Assembly: GCF_009914755.1 (NCBI RefSeq)
Contig: NC_060934.1
Strand: one strand, 5' to 3'
DNA: 64,000 nt
DNA from: the human T2T-CHM13v2.0 reference genome, Homo sapiens
Positions 29,167-45,210 of this stretch are shown here, one piece after another. How positions within the stretch are numbered: position 1 is the first letter of the stretch; each line of letters opens with the position of its first letter. The translations under genes were made by a program, and so were the position numbers. The notes beneath the pieces are model-generated. The model saw only the letters and a list, made by a program, of their open reading frames with translations. It had not been told where the DNA came from and ran no database searches.

Positions 29167-30217
29167 TGTGTGTGTCTCCATGTGCGTATCTGTGTGTCTG
29201 TGTGTATGTTTCTGTATGTGTGTCTGTGTCTCTATGTGTGTCTGTGTGTGTCAGCAGGGCTCCCTGTGTGTGTCTCTGTGTGTGTGTATGTGTCTCTGTA
29301 TGTGTGTCTGTGTGTGTCTCCGTGTGTGTCTGTGTGTGTATGTGTGTGTCTGTGTGTCTCTGTATCTATGTGTGTCTGTGTGTATCTGTGTGTCTGTGTG
29401 TGTCTGTGAGTGTCTGTGTGTATCTGTGTTTTTGTATGTGGGTCTGTGGGTGTGTCTCTGTGTGTCTGTGTTTCTGTATCTGTGTGTCTGTGTATGTGTC
29501 TCTGTGTGTGTCTGTGAGTCTCTGTGGGTGTATCTTTATGTGTCTGTGTGTGTGTTTGTATTTATATGTCTGCGTGTATCTGTTTCTTTGTCTGTGTCTC
29601 TGCATGTGTCTCTGTGTGTGTCTGCTTCTCTGTGTGTGTGTCTGTGTATGTGTGTCTGTGTCTCCATGTGTATCTGTGTGTCTCTGTGTGTCTCTATGTG
29701 TGTGTCTGTGTGTCCGTGTGTGTGTCTGTGTATACATGTGTGTGTGTCTGTGTTTTCTGTGTGTGTCTGTGTGTCTGTCTCTCTGTGTGTGTCTGTTTCT
29801 GTGTGTCTGTGTGTCCATGTGTTTGTGTGTCTGTGCGTGTGTGTCTCTCTGTGTGTCTGTGTGTTTCTGTATCTGTGTGTCTGTGTGTGTTTCTGTGTGT
29901 GTCATCAGGGCTCCCTGTGTGTGTCTCTGTGTGTATGTCTCTATGCGTGTCTGTGTGTCTCTATGTGTGTGTCTGTGTGACCTTGTGTGTGTGCATATAT
30001 GTGTGTGTCTGTGTTTTCTGTGTGTGTCTGTGTATCTGCCTGTGTGCTTTGTTTCTGTATCTGTGTGGTGTTTCTGTGTGTGTCTGTGTGTGTCTGTGTG
30101 TCCATGTGTTTGTGTGTCTGTGCATGTGTGTCTCTCTGTGTGTCTATGTGTTTCTGTATCTGTGTGTGTGTGTGTGTGTGTGTCTGTGTATGTGGGTGTC
30201 TGTGTGTGTGTGTGTGT
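29122..30217. repeat. ~1.1 kb degenerate (TG)n/(TGTC)n simple-sequence array
   Basis: Nearly all TG/TC/TA dinucleotides; pure TG runs at both ends. Confidence 0.95.
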
Positions 30218-30429
30218 CTTCAAACTGAGATGTCTCCCCACCAGCTCTTTCATCTAGGAAGAAACCCAGGAATTAAGGTGACATGATTTGGACAGGATGC
30301 TCTTCATTGTTGTTGTCAGGTTAATGGAAGCAATGCTTTGCAGTGCAATTCAGAGCAGGAAGGAGTATGAGCTTTGTAAATGCAGAAAATCAGGGTTACT
30401 GTCAGGAAAAGGGTCATGTTGATGTGAAA

Positions 30430-30785
30430 TGGAGAATGTGAATGTTTCTTATAGATCTGGTCACCTTCATCCACCATGTGGGAGGTCCCAATCTCTGAAA
30501 CTGCCACGTAGAAAGATCTCATGGAGTGACCACATGCAAAGTGAGAGATGCTCAGTGAGCCCTGCTAGCTGAGTCTTTCGAGCCTGGGCCCCAGACCTGT
30601 GAGTGAAGACGCCTTCAAGATGAACCCAGCCCAGCCACCATCTGGCCAAGGCTGTGTGCCACCTCAAGGAGGAACCGCATAGCTGAGTCCAGTCAAGCTC
30701 TAGATCCCTGAGCAGAATCCGTGATTGTCATGGTTTAAAGCTGCTGTTCTGGGCAAGCTCGCCGTGCAACAATAGAACCCAAATC
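30430..30785 (+). mobile_element. MLT1-family LTR fragment
   Basis: 'agctgagtccagtcaa...tggtttaaagctgctg...gcaacaatag' resembles an MLT1 3' end. Confidence 0.55.
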
Positions 30786-31192
30786 GCCACCTTGGAGGGA
30801 ATTCATCTCTGCTGTGCAGGATGTGCTGGATCTGCAGACATTTGCCAAGAGCACAAGTTTGGGGAACGGAGGGATGGGGGTAAACCCTCTCCATCCTCTC
30901 CTGGGAACCCCGAGGACCATCCAAACAGGATGCCTGGGCTCAATGATAGTGCAAGGACCCAGAAGGGCCCAGGCTTTCATCATGGCTTCAGGGAATGGTG
31001 GGGTGTCCCAGGGAAGGGGAGAAAGAGATGGACTGTGGGAAGAGATGGAAGCTGTGGGAGGGAACTATGGGGAGCTTCCCAGGGGCGTGAAGAGGACCCC
31101 TCCTCCACATCCACTAGACAGAGGACACATCCCTGCTGTTTGTGAGGAGAGCATTCTGGTGCTAGGCTGGGCACCTTGCCTAATTCCTCCTA

Positions 31193-31530
<338 letters not shown>

Positions 31531-32909
31531 ACTATCACCCAACCCCACCCTGGGGAAAGGCAGGAGTGGGTCTGGAACTATAAGCTGAGGAGAGGTTCCG
31601 CTGGGTCCAGAAAGGAGGCAGCTTCTCCCTTGCCATGGCCTCTGAGCTGAGCAGGGCACCTGCCCCCAGCAGCGTGCAGATGGACAAACAAGAACACATC
31701 TGCGAACCTCTTGACTCCAGGAGCAGAAGGGGGCTGGAAGGAGAACTCCTGTCCCGGGTTCAATCTGGAGGGCCTAGGGCTTGGCGCTGCTGGAAGCAGG
31801 AAGAGCACCAGCAGCCACTGGAGCAACTTGGGTAATGGGGGCTCCCTCCCCTCCGGCCATTACCAGGAGCTGGAGACAGGAACAGGAACCCCAGGTGGGC
31901 CATCTCACCAGCCCTCAGGGGCTTCATAAAGAAAGAAGCTGGAAAGGCCCAAGGATGCAGGCCCCAGAAGCCCCATGCTGCCTGCTGAAGATCAGCCCCC
32001 ACCTCTGCTGCTGCCACAGTAGACCAGAAGGAGCAAGTGCAAAGAGGAGCCAGGTGTGTGTCAAGGCCTTGGAGGAAAGTGTCACCTCAAGGGGTGCTTT
32101 GAGCCACCTTCACCCCATGAGCACTAATCATACCATTAAGGAGGCCTTGCAGGTCCCCCTCCCATACTTCCCATGTGAACTGCACACCTCCTGAGAGAGG
32201 GAGCCCCGAGAATGACTTCATGCTCATGTGCTGGTGACTCACCTGAGCTGGGCTGAGGGCAGGGAAGAGGCTCGGGAGACACGCTGCTGCTCCTTGACCA
32301 TCCTGCCACATGCTGCCCAGCCCGAGTGATGGAAACTAAGGCAACGCCCTGAGATGTGGCCCACAGGGCCATGTGGTTCCTGCTGGGCCTGGAATCACTT
32401 CCTGGTATGGTGACACCAATCCTTGGCCCTCAGAGCTGGCCAGGCCACAAGGAGCCTGCCCAGGGCAGGGAGTAAGAGAAGCCAATTGCCATGCTTCTGT
32501 AGCCATGTGGTCTCATGCACTCTCAGGGCCTCATTGCCTCACCTGGGCAGTGGGCATCCTGCCTTCACATCTCCTCTCCACAATCCCCGCTTGCTGAACA
32601 GAGCGGGTGAGCGAGCAGATGAGACCAGGGCTGTGAGAGGGCTCTGTGGACTGTGGGGGATGCCGCACACAGAGGACGCACTATCCTTGCTCTGATGCCC
32701 AGGAGAGGTAGGCCTGGCCCTTACCCTCATGAAGTCCCAGCCTTGTCCGGGAGACCCACTGTGGACTTGTGAAAGTGCAGATGGGTTCGTGTTGAAACGG
32801 AAGTGCCTACAAAGCACTGTGGAAATGTGGAGAAGGACGGCAGGCAGGGACTGGGGCACGTCAGGTTGACTAAGTGCTCAATTATTATCTGTTCCTGCAC
32901 GCCACGAGG

Positions 32910-33020
32910 GATTTAGTCTGTTTTGTTTGCTGCTGCGTCCCTAGTGCCTGGAATAGAGCCTGGCATACAGCAGGTGCCTAAATAATTGCTTGTTGCATGA
33001 ATGAATGGATGAATGAATGA
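32910..33020 (+). mobile_element. L2 3' end
   Basis: 'cctagtgcctggaatagagcctggcatacagcaggtgcctaaataattgcttgttgcatgaatgaatg' is the L2 terminal motif. Confidence 0.75.
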
Positions 33021-33299
33021 GAGAGGGAAGGGAAGGCTGTCAGGTGAGCTGAACCATAAAGGGTGAGTCAGAGGTGAGGTGGAACCGACAGTCCAGGACG
33101 CAGGAACAGGACGTGCAGGCACTCAGAGGCCCACGGCAGAGAGTGCATCTGGAAGTGGCGGTTTCCATGGGGCCTGCAGGAGAGGAAGACGATGTGGGGG
33201 AATCTGGGTTTGGGAATCTGGGTCTTTACTCTGAGGACAGTAGGGAGCTATAAGGGGTAGCCTGCTAATTGGATGTGGTGGGTTTGGTTTTTCAGATAG

Positions 33300-34410
33300 C
33301 TTTTTCAGGTAGTGTCTAATTCAATGGCTTTTAGTATACTCACAGACTTGTGAACCACCACGATAAATGTTAGAACACTTATATCACCCCAAATAGAGAT
33401 CCCACACCCACTGGCTATCACCCTCCAACCTCCCATCTCCTCAGCCCTAGAAAAGCACCAATATATTTTCTGTCTGTATAAATTTGCCTACTTTGGACAT
33501 TTTATATTAATGGAATCATACACAAGGTGGACTTTTGTGATGAGCTTCTTTCACCAGGTGTAACATTTTCAGTGTTCATTCCTGTTGTATATCAGTATCT
33601 CATTTCTTTTTATTACCAACTAGTATTCCATTGTGTGGATTTACCGCCTTTTGTCTGTCCGTTTGCCAGCCGATGGACATTTGGGATGTTTAGAAGTGGT
33701 TTTTAAAAAGATCCTCGGATGGTTAAAATTAACAAGACTAAAAATACCAAGTGCTGGTGTGGACGTGGAACAACCGGACCTCTCATATATTAGTGCTGGG
33801 CGTCTATAATGGTATGACCACTTTGGAAAAGTTTGTCAATTTCTTATAAAGATAAACATATATTTACTGTATATCCCAGCGATTTAACTTACAGGAATTT
33901 ACCCAAGAGAAATGAAGACATATCCACACAAAAACACGTACACAAGTGGTCAGGGCAGCATTATCCATAACAGTAAAAATCTGGAAACAGTCTAGTTGTC
34001 CATCAACATGAGAATGAATAAACAAATTGAGTCATGTTTATAAAATGGAAACTTATCCAACAATAAAAGTCACAAAAGATGGATGAAGACGAAAAGCACA
34101 GTGGGTGAAAGAATCCAGACATAAAGGAGCATTAATGTATAATTACTAAAAAATTCTATTTTATGTGAAGCTTAAGAACCCACAAAGCTCATTTCTGGGG
34201 GGTAGAAGTCAGCACAGAGGGTTTTTTGGGTGTAGGCTGGGTGACTGGAGGCAGGGGTAGAGAAAACTTTCCAAGGTAATTGAAGTATTCTATGCCTTGA
34301 CATGACTGGGTATTGGTCGCACAGGAGTATGCATTTATCAAAACTCTTTAAACTTCATTCTTAAGATCCATGCATTGTATTGAATGTCAATTATGCCTGA
34401 ATAAAGGAGG
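33300..34410. mobile_element. Old L1M fragments, antisense (~33300-33690) then sense (~33715-34405)
   Basis: 'ggacattttatattaatggaatcatac' (antisense) and 'accactttggaaaa...tttacccaagagaaatgaagacat...tcaaaactc...tcaattatgcctgaataaa' (sense) match L1 3' regions. Confidence 0.75.
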
Positions 34411-35719
34411 GGGAAAATGTTCCACCTGGAAGAATGAAGGAGACTGGACTTTGGGGCTAGGATTGGAGGGCAGGGAGGGGCCTACTGCAGTCTCTAAGGT
34501 AGGGGGCCGCAGAATGGGGAGGAAGGATGGACCCGAGGGATGCCAAGGAGGTATAGAGGAAAGGGTGGATGCCTGATTGGCAGGAGTGGGGTCAGTGGGA
34601 GAGAGAGGGGGCAAGGGTGACTCAGGTTCCTCTCTTGGCACCTGTGATGGGTTAGTCCTCAGCCTGGTCCAGCTCCATCCCGTGGGCTTCCTGGCTGAGT
34701 GAAGCCAGGCCCCGGCTGACTCACTTCTGACCATGAGGTGTGCCCTGCCCTGGTCAGCCGGCCTCACAGGCTCACCTGTGTCAGCCTCCTGTGATGCTCC
34801 CTGACTCGCGGGAGGAGAAGCCCAGATGACTTGGGCTTTGTGCAGTCAGCTGACAGAGCCCTCTAGCTCTCCAGATGTGCTTGGCAAGCCAGTTGGGCTC
34901 ATGGGTGGCTTGGGGTGCCCAGGGAACCTTCAGAACCTGCATTGAGAATGGCCTTGGAAGTGTAGCACAATCTTTCTGTATTACAGAGGAGAAGACTGAG
35001 GCCCAGGAGGGCAGGAAGTAGCTCCAGGTCCCCCTCTTCCCACCTCCTCCCTATTCCCCTCTGATTTCAGCTCTGCAGCTGGTACAGTGGCCCACACTGG
35101 AGACAGAGGAGGGGCAGTGGTGGGAAGCCCCCAGGAGTCATGACCCCTCAGAGTACAGCACACTAGGGTGCGGAGGCATAGACACCCTTGGCCAGCGCTC
35201 TCTGAGTGCCTCAGCAGCTCAAGTGTGCGGTGGCCTTGGGAAGAGCTGGTGGGAAAGTCCCAGGCATGTGTCATCCTGTTGTCATCTATCCCACCCCGGG
35301 GACTTCCCCATATGAGCATCTTCTCCTCGTCATCTAGCCCAGCCCCCTTGCCTCAGACAAGGACTTCTCAATTCCCGTGAGATGTATTATGCTGTGTTCT
35401 GAGAACCAAGCCTCTTGGAAGGGGAGGAGAGATAATGCACCTTCTGGGCTCTGCTTCCACGCCAGCACACTGAACTCTTCTGGAATAAAGGAATTGTGTT
35501 TGTGTTTTAAAAATGCTTTATTGAAGTATAACAAAAATATAATGAGTACACAGATCATCAATGTAGAGTTTGGTAAATATACACATATGTACACCATGCA
35601 GATCAAGATTTAGAACACTTCCAGGACTCCAGAAGGCTGGCTCCCTTGTACCCACTTCCAGTGACCCCCTCCCCCAAAGTAGCCCCTATTCTGACTTATC
35701 TCACCATAGATTAGTTTCA

Positions 35720-36372
<653 letters not shown>

Positions 36373-36578
36373 ATTCATCCATGTTGCTGCCTGCATCAGT
36401 AGCTGTTCTTTTTTATTGCTGAGTAGTATTCCACTGTATGGATGTACCACAATGCATGTATTCACCCTACTGTTCATGGGCACTTCGGTTGTTTCCAGTT
36501 TGAGGCACCTATGAACATTCACTTGAAGTATTTGTGTGGACATACATACTCATTTCTCTTTTTTAAATTTAAAATTTG

Positions 36579-37009
36579 TTTTTTTTGAGACAGAGTCTCT
36601 CTTTGTTGCCCAGGCTGGAGTGCAGTGGTGCAATCTAGGCTCACTGCAAGCTCCGCCTCCTGGGTTCACGCCATTCTCCTGCCTCAGCCTCCTGAGTAGC
36701 TGGGACTACAGGTGCCTGCCACCACGCCCAGCTAATTTTTCGTATTTTTAGTACAGACAGGGTTTCACCGTGTTAGCCAGGATTGTCTCAATCTCCTGAC
36801 CTCATGATCTGCCCGCCTCGGCCTCCCAGAGTTCTGGGATTACAGGTGTGAGCCACCACACCCAGCCTTTAATTTTAATTTAAAAAAAAGTAGAGATGAG
36901 GTCTCATTATGTTGCCCAGGCTGGTCTCACACTCCTGAGCTCAAGTGATACTCGTTTCTCAGTCTCCCAAAGTGCTAGGATCACAGGGATGAGCCACCAT
37001 GACTGGCCC
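36579..37009 (-). mobile_element. AluY-like element (36579-36867) inserted in the tail of an older Alu monomer (36868-37009)
   Basis: 'tgcaagctccgcctcctgggttcacgccattctcc'; outer TSD-like CTCATTTCT on both sides. Confidence 0.85.
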
Positions 37010-37461
37010 TCATTTCTTTTAAATATATGCCTAGGAGTGGAATTTCTGAGTCATAGGTAAGCATATTTTTAGCTTTAGTAGATAACTGCCAAACAGTTTT
37101 CTAAAGTTATTGTACCAACTGACACTCCCACTAACAATGTATGGAAGTTCCAGCTATGCCACATCCTCAGCAACCCTTTTTAATTTTAGCCATTTTAGTG
37201 GGTATATAATAGTATCCCATTGGGGCTTTAATTCGCTTTGTCCTGATGACCCTAAAGATGCTGTCTGTCTACCTTCTCACATGATTATTGGTCATTTGGA
37301 TACCTTTTTGTGTATATGTGAAATGCTTGCTCAAGTTTTTTGACCACTGTCTATTGGGCTGTTTACCATTTCTTATTGATGGATGTAAGTTCTCTATACG
37401 TAGTGAACATGAACTTTTGTCAGATGTATGTATTGTGACTATCTTGTCCTACTTTGTAGTT

Positions 37462-38038
<577 letters not shown>

Positions 38039-40812
38039 TAGGAGTCAGTCCGTTATTTACTCTCCTGCCATCTGTCCATCAATTCACCTGCCCACCTATG
38101 CATCCACCCACCTACTCATCTCCCCATCCATACTCTATCACCATTCATACATTTACCCATCCATCCACCCACTGATCTACCAATATTTATTGCCATCACT
38201 GTGAGCTGAGTGATGACAGGTATTAAGAGACTGAGATGGTGGAGGAGCTACTGAGATGAACAAGACCTCCAAGGAGCTTATAATCTGATGGGAAAAGCAC
38301 AATATACGCAAATCCTCGACAGATTTTTATCTACCCTCATGTTGTTCCGAAGTCTGTAGCTTTCATTCATTACTCTCCGGAACCTCCATCCATTTGTCCT
38401 TGTTCTGTGACACTCCTTCCAATATTTGGAGATTGTCTGATTTCCACAGGCCTGAGCTGCAAATAGAATACCCGACCTCCCTTGTTACAGAGACTTGGCC
38501 TTTATTGATGTGGCCTGAGATGGTTGCCAGCCCTGACCCATCAATGGCTTAAATTCTGCTTGTGAGCAGCCTGTATTCAGAGAAGTGTGACCCAGTGGGG
38601 GGACCACTTCTCCCAGGGCTGACTGACCAGCTGTGGGGGTTTGAAGGCTGGCTCTGTGGGACTGGCAGGTGGCCCAGTCTGGCAGCAGAGAGGCAGGCAG
38701 TGGGCCTCAGCAGGAGTTTCAACAGGCTGACGGAGTGGGCAGAGAGGAAAATGGGGGTGGGTATAAGCTGTCACACTAAAGGGTAGACTCCTTCCTGGCT
38801 TGAAAATAGGGTGGATTCTGGCTCTTTTTTGCCGGGTCTCAGGTCAAGCTGGGGCCTAGGGTCTTGAGGTGGGGCATGGGGATAGTGGCAGGGAGGTCAG
38901 TAGGCCTCTACTCCTCCTGAGAGGCCCCCATCTGGACTCTAGCCATGAACTGGGCTAAAGTACCGCAGCTCCCCAGCCCTAGCCTCTGCCTGCCTCTCTC
39001 ACCTTGACCTCTTCCTAGGGGCAGTGGCTCAAAACCAACAAAAACAACAAAGATCCCGCCAGCCCTGTCCTCAACATAGCCAGGCCCTGGTCACTCCTCT
39101 GAGAACTGACTGCCCAGAACTCCCCAGCAGGCCTGGCTGTGGTCCCGCCTGGCAGCACCTGCCCTCTCGAGGACACTGACCCTTTGTTGGAGGAGATGGC
39201 TTGTGGGGACAGCCTTGAGGAGGGGCTGAGCTGAGCGGGTCAGGCTGGCGCCAGGCGAGACCAGGAGCCTCAGCACACAAGGCCTCCTATACAGTGGCCT
39301 AGCCGGGGCAAGACCGGGCCCTGAGCAACAGTCCAACTGCAGAGTCTGATGGGGCTGGAGCCGGGGTCAGGACCAGGGAGGGTGAGCAGGGCCTCTACAC
39401 TGGACACGCAGAGTCCTTCCTCTCTCCCTCCCACCTCTCTCCCCTGAGCTTAGCCCCTCTCCCTACGGTGACCCTGCCAGCTCCAGCCCAGGGGAACCAC
39501 ACCCACACCTGCCAGGGGTGACTGGACCCACCTTTCTTGTCCCTCCACCAGACAGAGAACCTCAGAGTGGCCTCTCTGCTACCTCTTTCCTCTGAACTTA
39601 GGGGTAACAAAGGCACCCTGGCTGGAAGTCAGCCCTTCCTGGCCTCAGTGCCTGAGCTGACCAGAGGCAGGTCTGGGCCTAAAGGAGGTCATTTCTGGCC
39701 TTGCTCTGTGGCAGCCTAACACTAAGTGTTTTCCCTGTGGCATCTCATTGGACCACACAGCAATCTCTGGAGGAGGTACCGATATTAGCAGCATAAATCA
39801 GTGGGGAGCCCAGGTGTGAGCCCAGACTGTCTGATCCCTGGATAGTCCGCACAGCATGGGGAGGTGTGGGGGGAAGAGGGAACTTGTTCCTCCTCCTGAC
39901 GGAGATGGGGAATGGCTGGTGGATCTCACAGGGGGGTGTGCATTTTAGAGCCATGACTCTAGACACAGAATTTGGGCAGAGGGCTGTGCCCAGAGGTGGA
40001 GAGATGAGAGAGAAGGCTGTGTGACAGTCTGGGTAGCAGCCACAGGAGCAGCACAGGGGTCTCCCTTTAGGAAAGAATTTGCTGCTCAGCTGCAAAGAGT
40101 GCAGACCCTGCAGGAGTGGCCTCAGCCATCAAGAAGAGACCATGCTCTTCTGGGCAGCCCCAGTAAATACTGAGCGCAGCAGGCCTGGCCATTTGAGCTC
40201 AGTGGGGATGCCTTTTATGGCCACCTGTGCTCAAGAACTCCTGCTGGGTTGGCCCAGGACTGGGAAGATCTGTGTCGCTGTCTGAGGCTGTTCCTGCCCA
40301 GCCCTGCTTCCCCACTGGTCTTCCACAGGCAAGACGCCCCTGTAAAACCACGTGGGCTCTCAGCTATGTCTCAGCCCGTGCTTCCTGCAGGACCCAGGAC
40401 AGAACTTCAGCTACTGCAGCGGCAGAAGGGAGGGATGGGAAGGAAACTTCACCTCTGTGCTACCGCCCACTAATGGCATAAGCTCACTCAACCTCTGGGT
40501 GCCTCAGTTTCCTTGTAAAATAAAGTTAATTATCTCTGGATAATAATCTCCTCCTCATGGAATTACTATGGGGACTCAATGATTGAATGAATGTGGAGAG
40601 CTCAGCACAGTACTTAGGTTACTTAATGTACACAGTTATTGAGACTTTTGGCTGCACTTGTAATGAATAGCTTGACAGGTTTCTCTTTGCTTTACTGTAA
40701 GCTCCTTGAGGACAGGGACCAGGCAGGTCCATTTAGCACAAAGCTTGACACCAGTGGGTGCTCCATAAAGGTTTGCTAGAGGAATGAATGGATAGGAGTA
40801 AATTAGATGGGG

Positions 40813-40950
40813 GGTTGTGCACAGTGGCTCACGCCTGTAATCCCAGCACTTCAGGAGACTGAGGCAGGAGGACTGCTTAAGGCCAGGAGTCCAAGACCGA
40901 CCTGAGCAACATAAGGAGACCTCATCTCAAAAAAAAAAAAAAAAAAAAAA
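40813..40950 (+). mobile_element. Alu left monomer (FLAM-like) with A tail; MIR/L2 fragments just upstream (40470-40790)
   Basis: 'gcacagtggctcacgcctgtaatcccagcact...gagacctcatctc' + polyA; no right arm. Confidence 0.8.
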
Positions 40951-41398
40951 TTACATAGGGATGCACCAGCCAAATATGACAAGATGACACCCAGTTTGTA
41001 CTGGGATGCCTGGGTGGGTGGTCATGCCGTTATCTGACATGGGTGTCTAGAAGGAGAGGTGAGGTGGGGTGGGGATGGATAATGACTTCCCACAGGGCTA
41101 TGGTGTTTGGGGGGTTCTGTAGACCTACCACATGAACAGAGCCCAGGCTGAAGGAGGTGCCTGACCAGGGCTCCTGTCAAACGCCATCAGGAATCCACTG
41201 CATGCCCTCAACAGGAGTTCTGGTTATCTCTAGCTGTGTAACAAATCACCCCAGACCTAGTGGTGTGAAACAACCTCACTCTATCATCCTTTCTCGCAGT
41301 TCTTAGCACTGACTGGGCTCAGCTGGGCGGTTCTCACTCAGGGCTCTCGGGTGGCTGCAGTCTGATGGTAGTTGGGTCTGGAGTCCTCTCAAGGCCTC

Positions 41399-42153
<755 letters not shown>

Positions 42154-42454
42154 CATAGTTGAGTCTTAATAGTAGCTGCTCCATGAAGAAGTGTGAGTGA
42201 ATTCATGAGTAAGGGAGAGTGACCAGGGCCTGGACAGAGTCCAGCTCTCAAACTTGGACTTTGCCTGGTCCCCTCAGCCTTCTGTGTCTGGACTCTGCCC
42301 ATTCAGGGTCTAGGATGGAGACCTGTCTTGCTTTTTCCAGAATTTGACCCTGTCCTCTGTCCCAGGCTTGGGGTCCTACTATTGGAAACCCTATATGGAT
42401 GACCACTGCCTGCCTACTGGCCACCAGTAAAGACTTCATGAGTAAGGGAGAGTG

Positions 42455-42600
42455 ACAGGTCTGTACCACCATGCCTGCCTAATTTAAAAAAATTTTTAAT
42501 TTGTGTAGAGATAGGGTCTCACTATGTTGCCCAGGCTGGTCTCAAACCTCTGGGCTCAAGCGATCCTCCTGCCTCAGCCTCGCAAAGTGCTGAGATTAAT
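42455..42600 (-). mobile_element. Truncated Alu fragment
   Basis: 'acaggtctgtaccaccatgcctgcctaattt...tgttgcccaggctggtctcaaac...caaagtgctgagatta'. Confidence 0.8.
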
Positions 42601-43440
42601 TTGGGATCCATCTGGTTACTTGTTGATTCCTCTGGTGTCTACTAAGATCCTTATTTTCATCTGGCTCTGGTCCACTGACGCAGTCCCTATTGTCATTTCC
42701 TTGTCCAGCCACATGGCCTCCAGGTCTTCAGGCTCCTGGGTCACTCTGTGCCTTCTTGGGCCTCCAGGAAATCTGTTCATGGCTGCTGGGAGCCCTACCT
42801 GTCTGGACACACCAGGCAACCAGGTTGCATTCCCCACCAGGGAAGGGCCTGGCTCTGGATTCTTGCTCCTTTCTTCGACTCTACTCAGAAACACGGCTCA
42901 GGATGCCTCTGCTTTTGGATTCCTGGAGTTCATCTGGGGTTTCTCACATCCCCTGATGGGTCTTACTCCCTTGCTTCCCCTCCACTCCCTTCTTCCTCCA
43001 ACCATGAGGGTCTCTTGCAGGTTGGGGGTGAATGAAGGTCGCATCTGAAAGGGAAGGCTGGCTGAGTGATCATGTATATTTTCTAAACCAACTGGCAAGT
43101 ATCCTAACTTTTTTTTTTTTGAAACCTTAAAGCCAAGTATTGACATCTTTGTCCTTATTTCTGAAGTCTGCTTGCCCCAAAGCATGGAAGGAAAGGGCTG
43201 GGAGAAATAAAGAAACACAAGTTACTCTTCCCAACTGTGCCAGTGGAGCCTTTAAAGTGCAGAGTTTTAAGCCAGGTATACCACCAGATCGTTGCCTAGT
43301 TTTCCTTATACTTCCTTGCATTTGCTTCTGTGCTTAGAAAACTTTGACCACTTTGAAACCAGTAACCATATGTCAGTATTCTCTTCCGGCCTTTATGGTT
43401 TCATGTTACATTTTACTCACCGATATGCCAATAAATAACT

Positions 43441-43740
43441 CTGGAGGCTGAGGCAGTTGGATAACCTGAGTTCAGGAGTTCAAGACCAGCCTGGCCAACA
43501 TGGCAAAACCTCATCTCTATTAAAAATACAAAAATTAGCCAGGTGTGGTGGCACACACCTGTAATCCAGCTACTCGGGAGGCTGAGCTCTGAGAATCACT
43601 TGAACCCCGGAGGTGGAGTTTGCAGTGAGCCAAGATAGCGCCACTGAACTCCAGTCTGGGTGACAGAGCGAGGCCCTGTCTCCAAAAAATAAAAAATAAG
43701 AAAAAAAAATAAACCCAACAAAAAACCCCCAAAAAACAAA
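43441..43740 (+). mobile_element. 5'-truncated AluS-like element
   Basis: 'ggaggctgaggcag...caggagttcaagaccagcctggccaacatgg...' plus A-rich tail. Confidence 0.88.
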
Positions 43741-44699
43741 ACTCTGAGGTTGCACGCTGCACTTTCTGTTCCCCCAAGCAGCCTCAACTTAGGGGGTCTA
43801 AATCGCAGAGTCTCTGAACCAGAAGGAGCCAGACAGGTCACCTGGCCCCACCACTTAGCCCAAGCAGCCATCTTCTGTGGCATCCCTGCTTGGTATCTCT
43901 CGCACAGCTTCAGCCATGAGGAGCTTCTTACTTCAAAGTATCATTCTGCAATATTGCTGACTGGTAGGAAGCTTTCTGTCTAAATGAACCCAAATCTGGC
44001 TCCTGCTCATCCTGGTCAGGCCTATGAAGCCCCACTGTGGCCTCTGCCCCAGTGCAGCCCTCAACTCTCTAGAGATGGCATTGTGTCCACCCCACCACAC
44101 TTCTACTGTGACCAGCTTTAGTTAGATCTTCTCCGAACACCCTTGATTCGCAGGGTCCCCTGCTCCTTGATTCTCTGCTGAATGGGCTGGGCCTGTCCCC
44201 ATGGAGCTGAAGCTTCCGCTGTGATCCCGAGATATGCCTGGACTCACCCAGCCCCAGGGCCTGTGATACGGACCCTCTGTCCTAGGAACATAGGCTGCTA
44301 GTTGGTCAACTGTTTGAGCCTTTCTGCTCATCTACAATCTGAGATCTTTGTCACATAAATTGAGGCCTCTCTCAGCCTGACCTGCTGATCTTTTGTACTA
44401 AAATTCAACAGTAGCAAAGATAGCATTAGAGGCAGGAGCCAAGTTCTGGGATTAAGCAGAGCAAGGCCAAATACAGGCTGTTCCACTACTCACTTAACAC
44501 AAGGGAAGACCCAGGTAACCTTGGATGGCTTATGACTTCTGCCCACTTTGGAGGCCCTATTTATAAAAAGTAGTTAATACTAGTACTTGTTCTCAAGGGC
44601 CATGTGGGGATTAAGAAATAATGTTATAAATCCTTACCATGTGCAGTGTATTAAGTGCAGCAAAAGGTAGCTATTCTTATTACCATAGTGCTTATCTTC

Positions 44700-45210
<511 letters not shown>

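Noticed and set aside
29122-30286. Long Cys/Val-rich and Thr/His-rich ORFs (up to 375 aa)
   Set aside because: Translation artefacts of the TG simple repeat, which cannot easily form stop codons.
33300-34410. Adjacent opposite-orientation L1 fragments as a twin-priming inversion or hairpin
   Set aside because: Highly diverged, no TSD found; cannot be distinguished from two independent old insertions.
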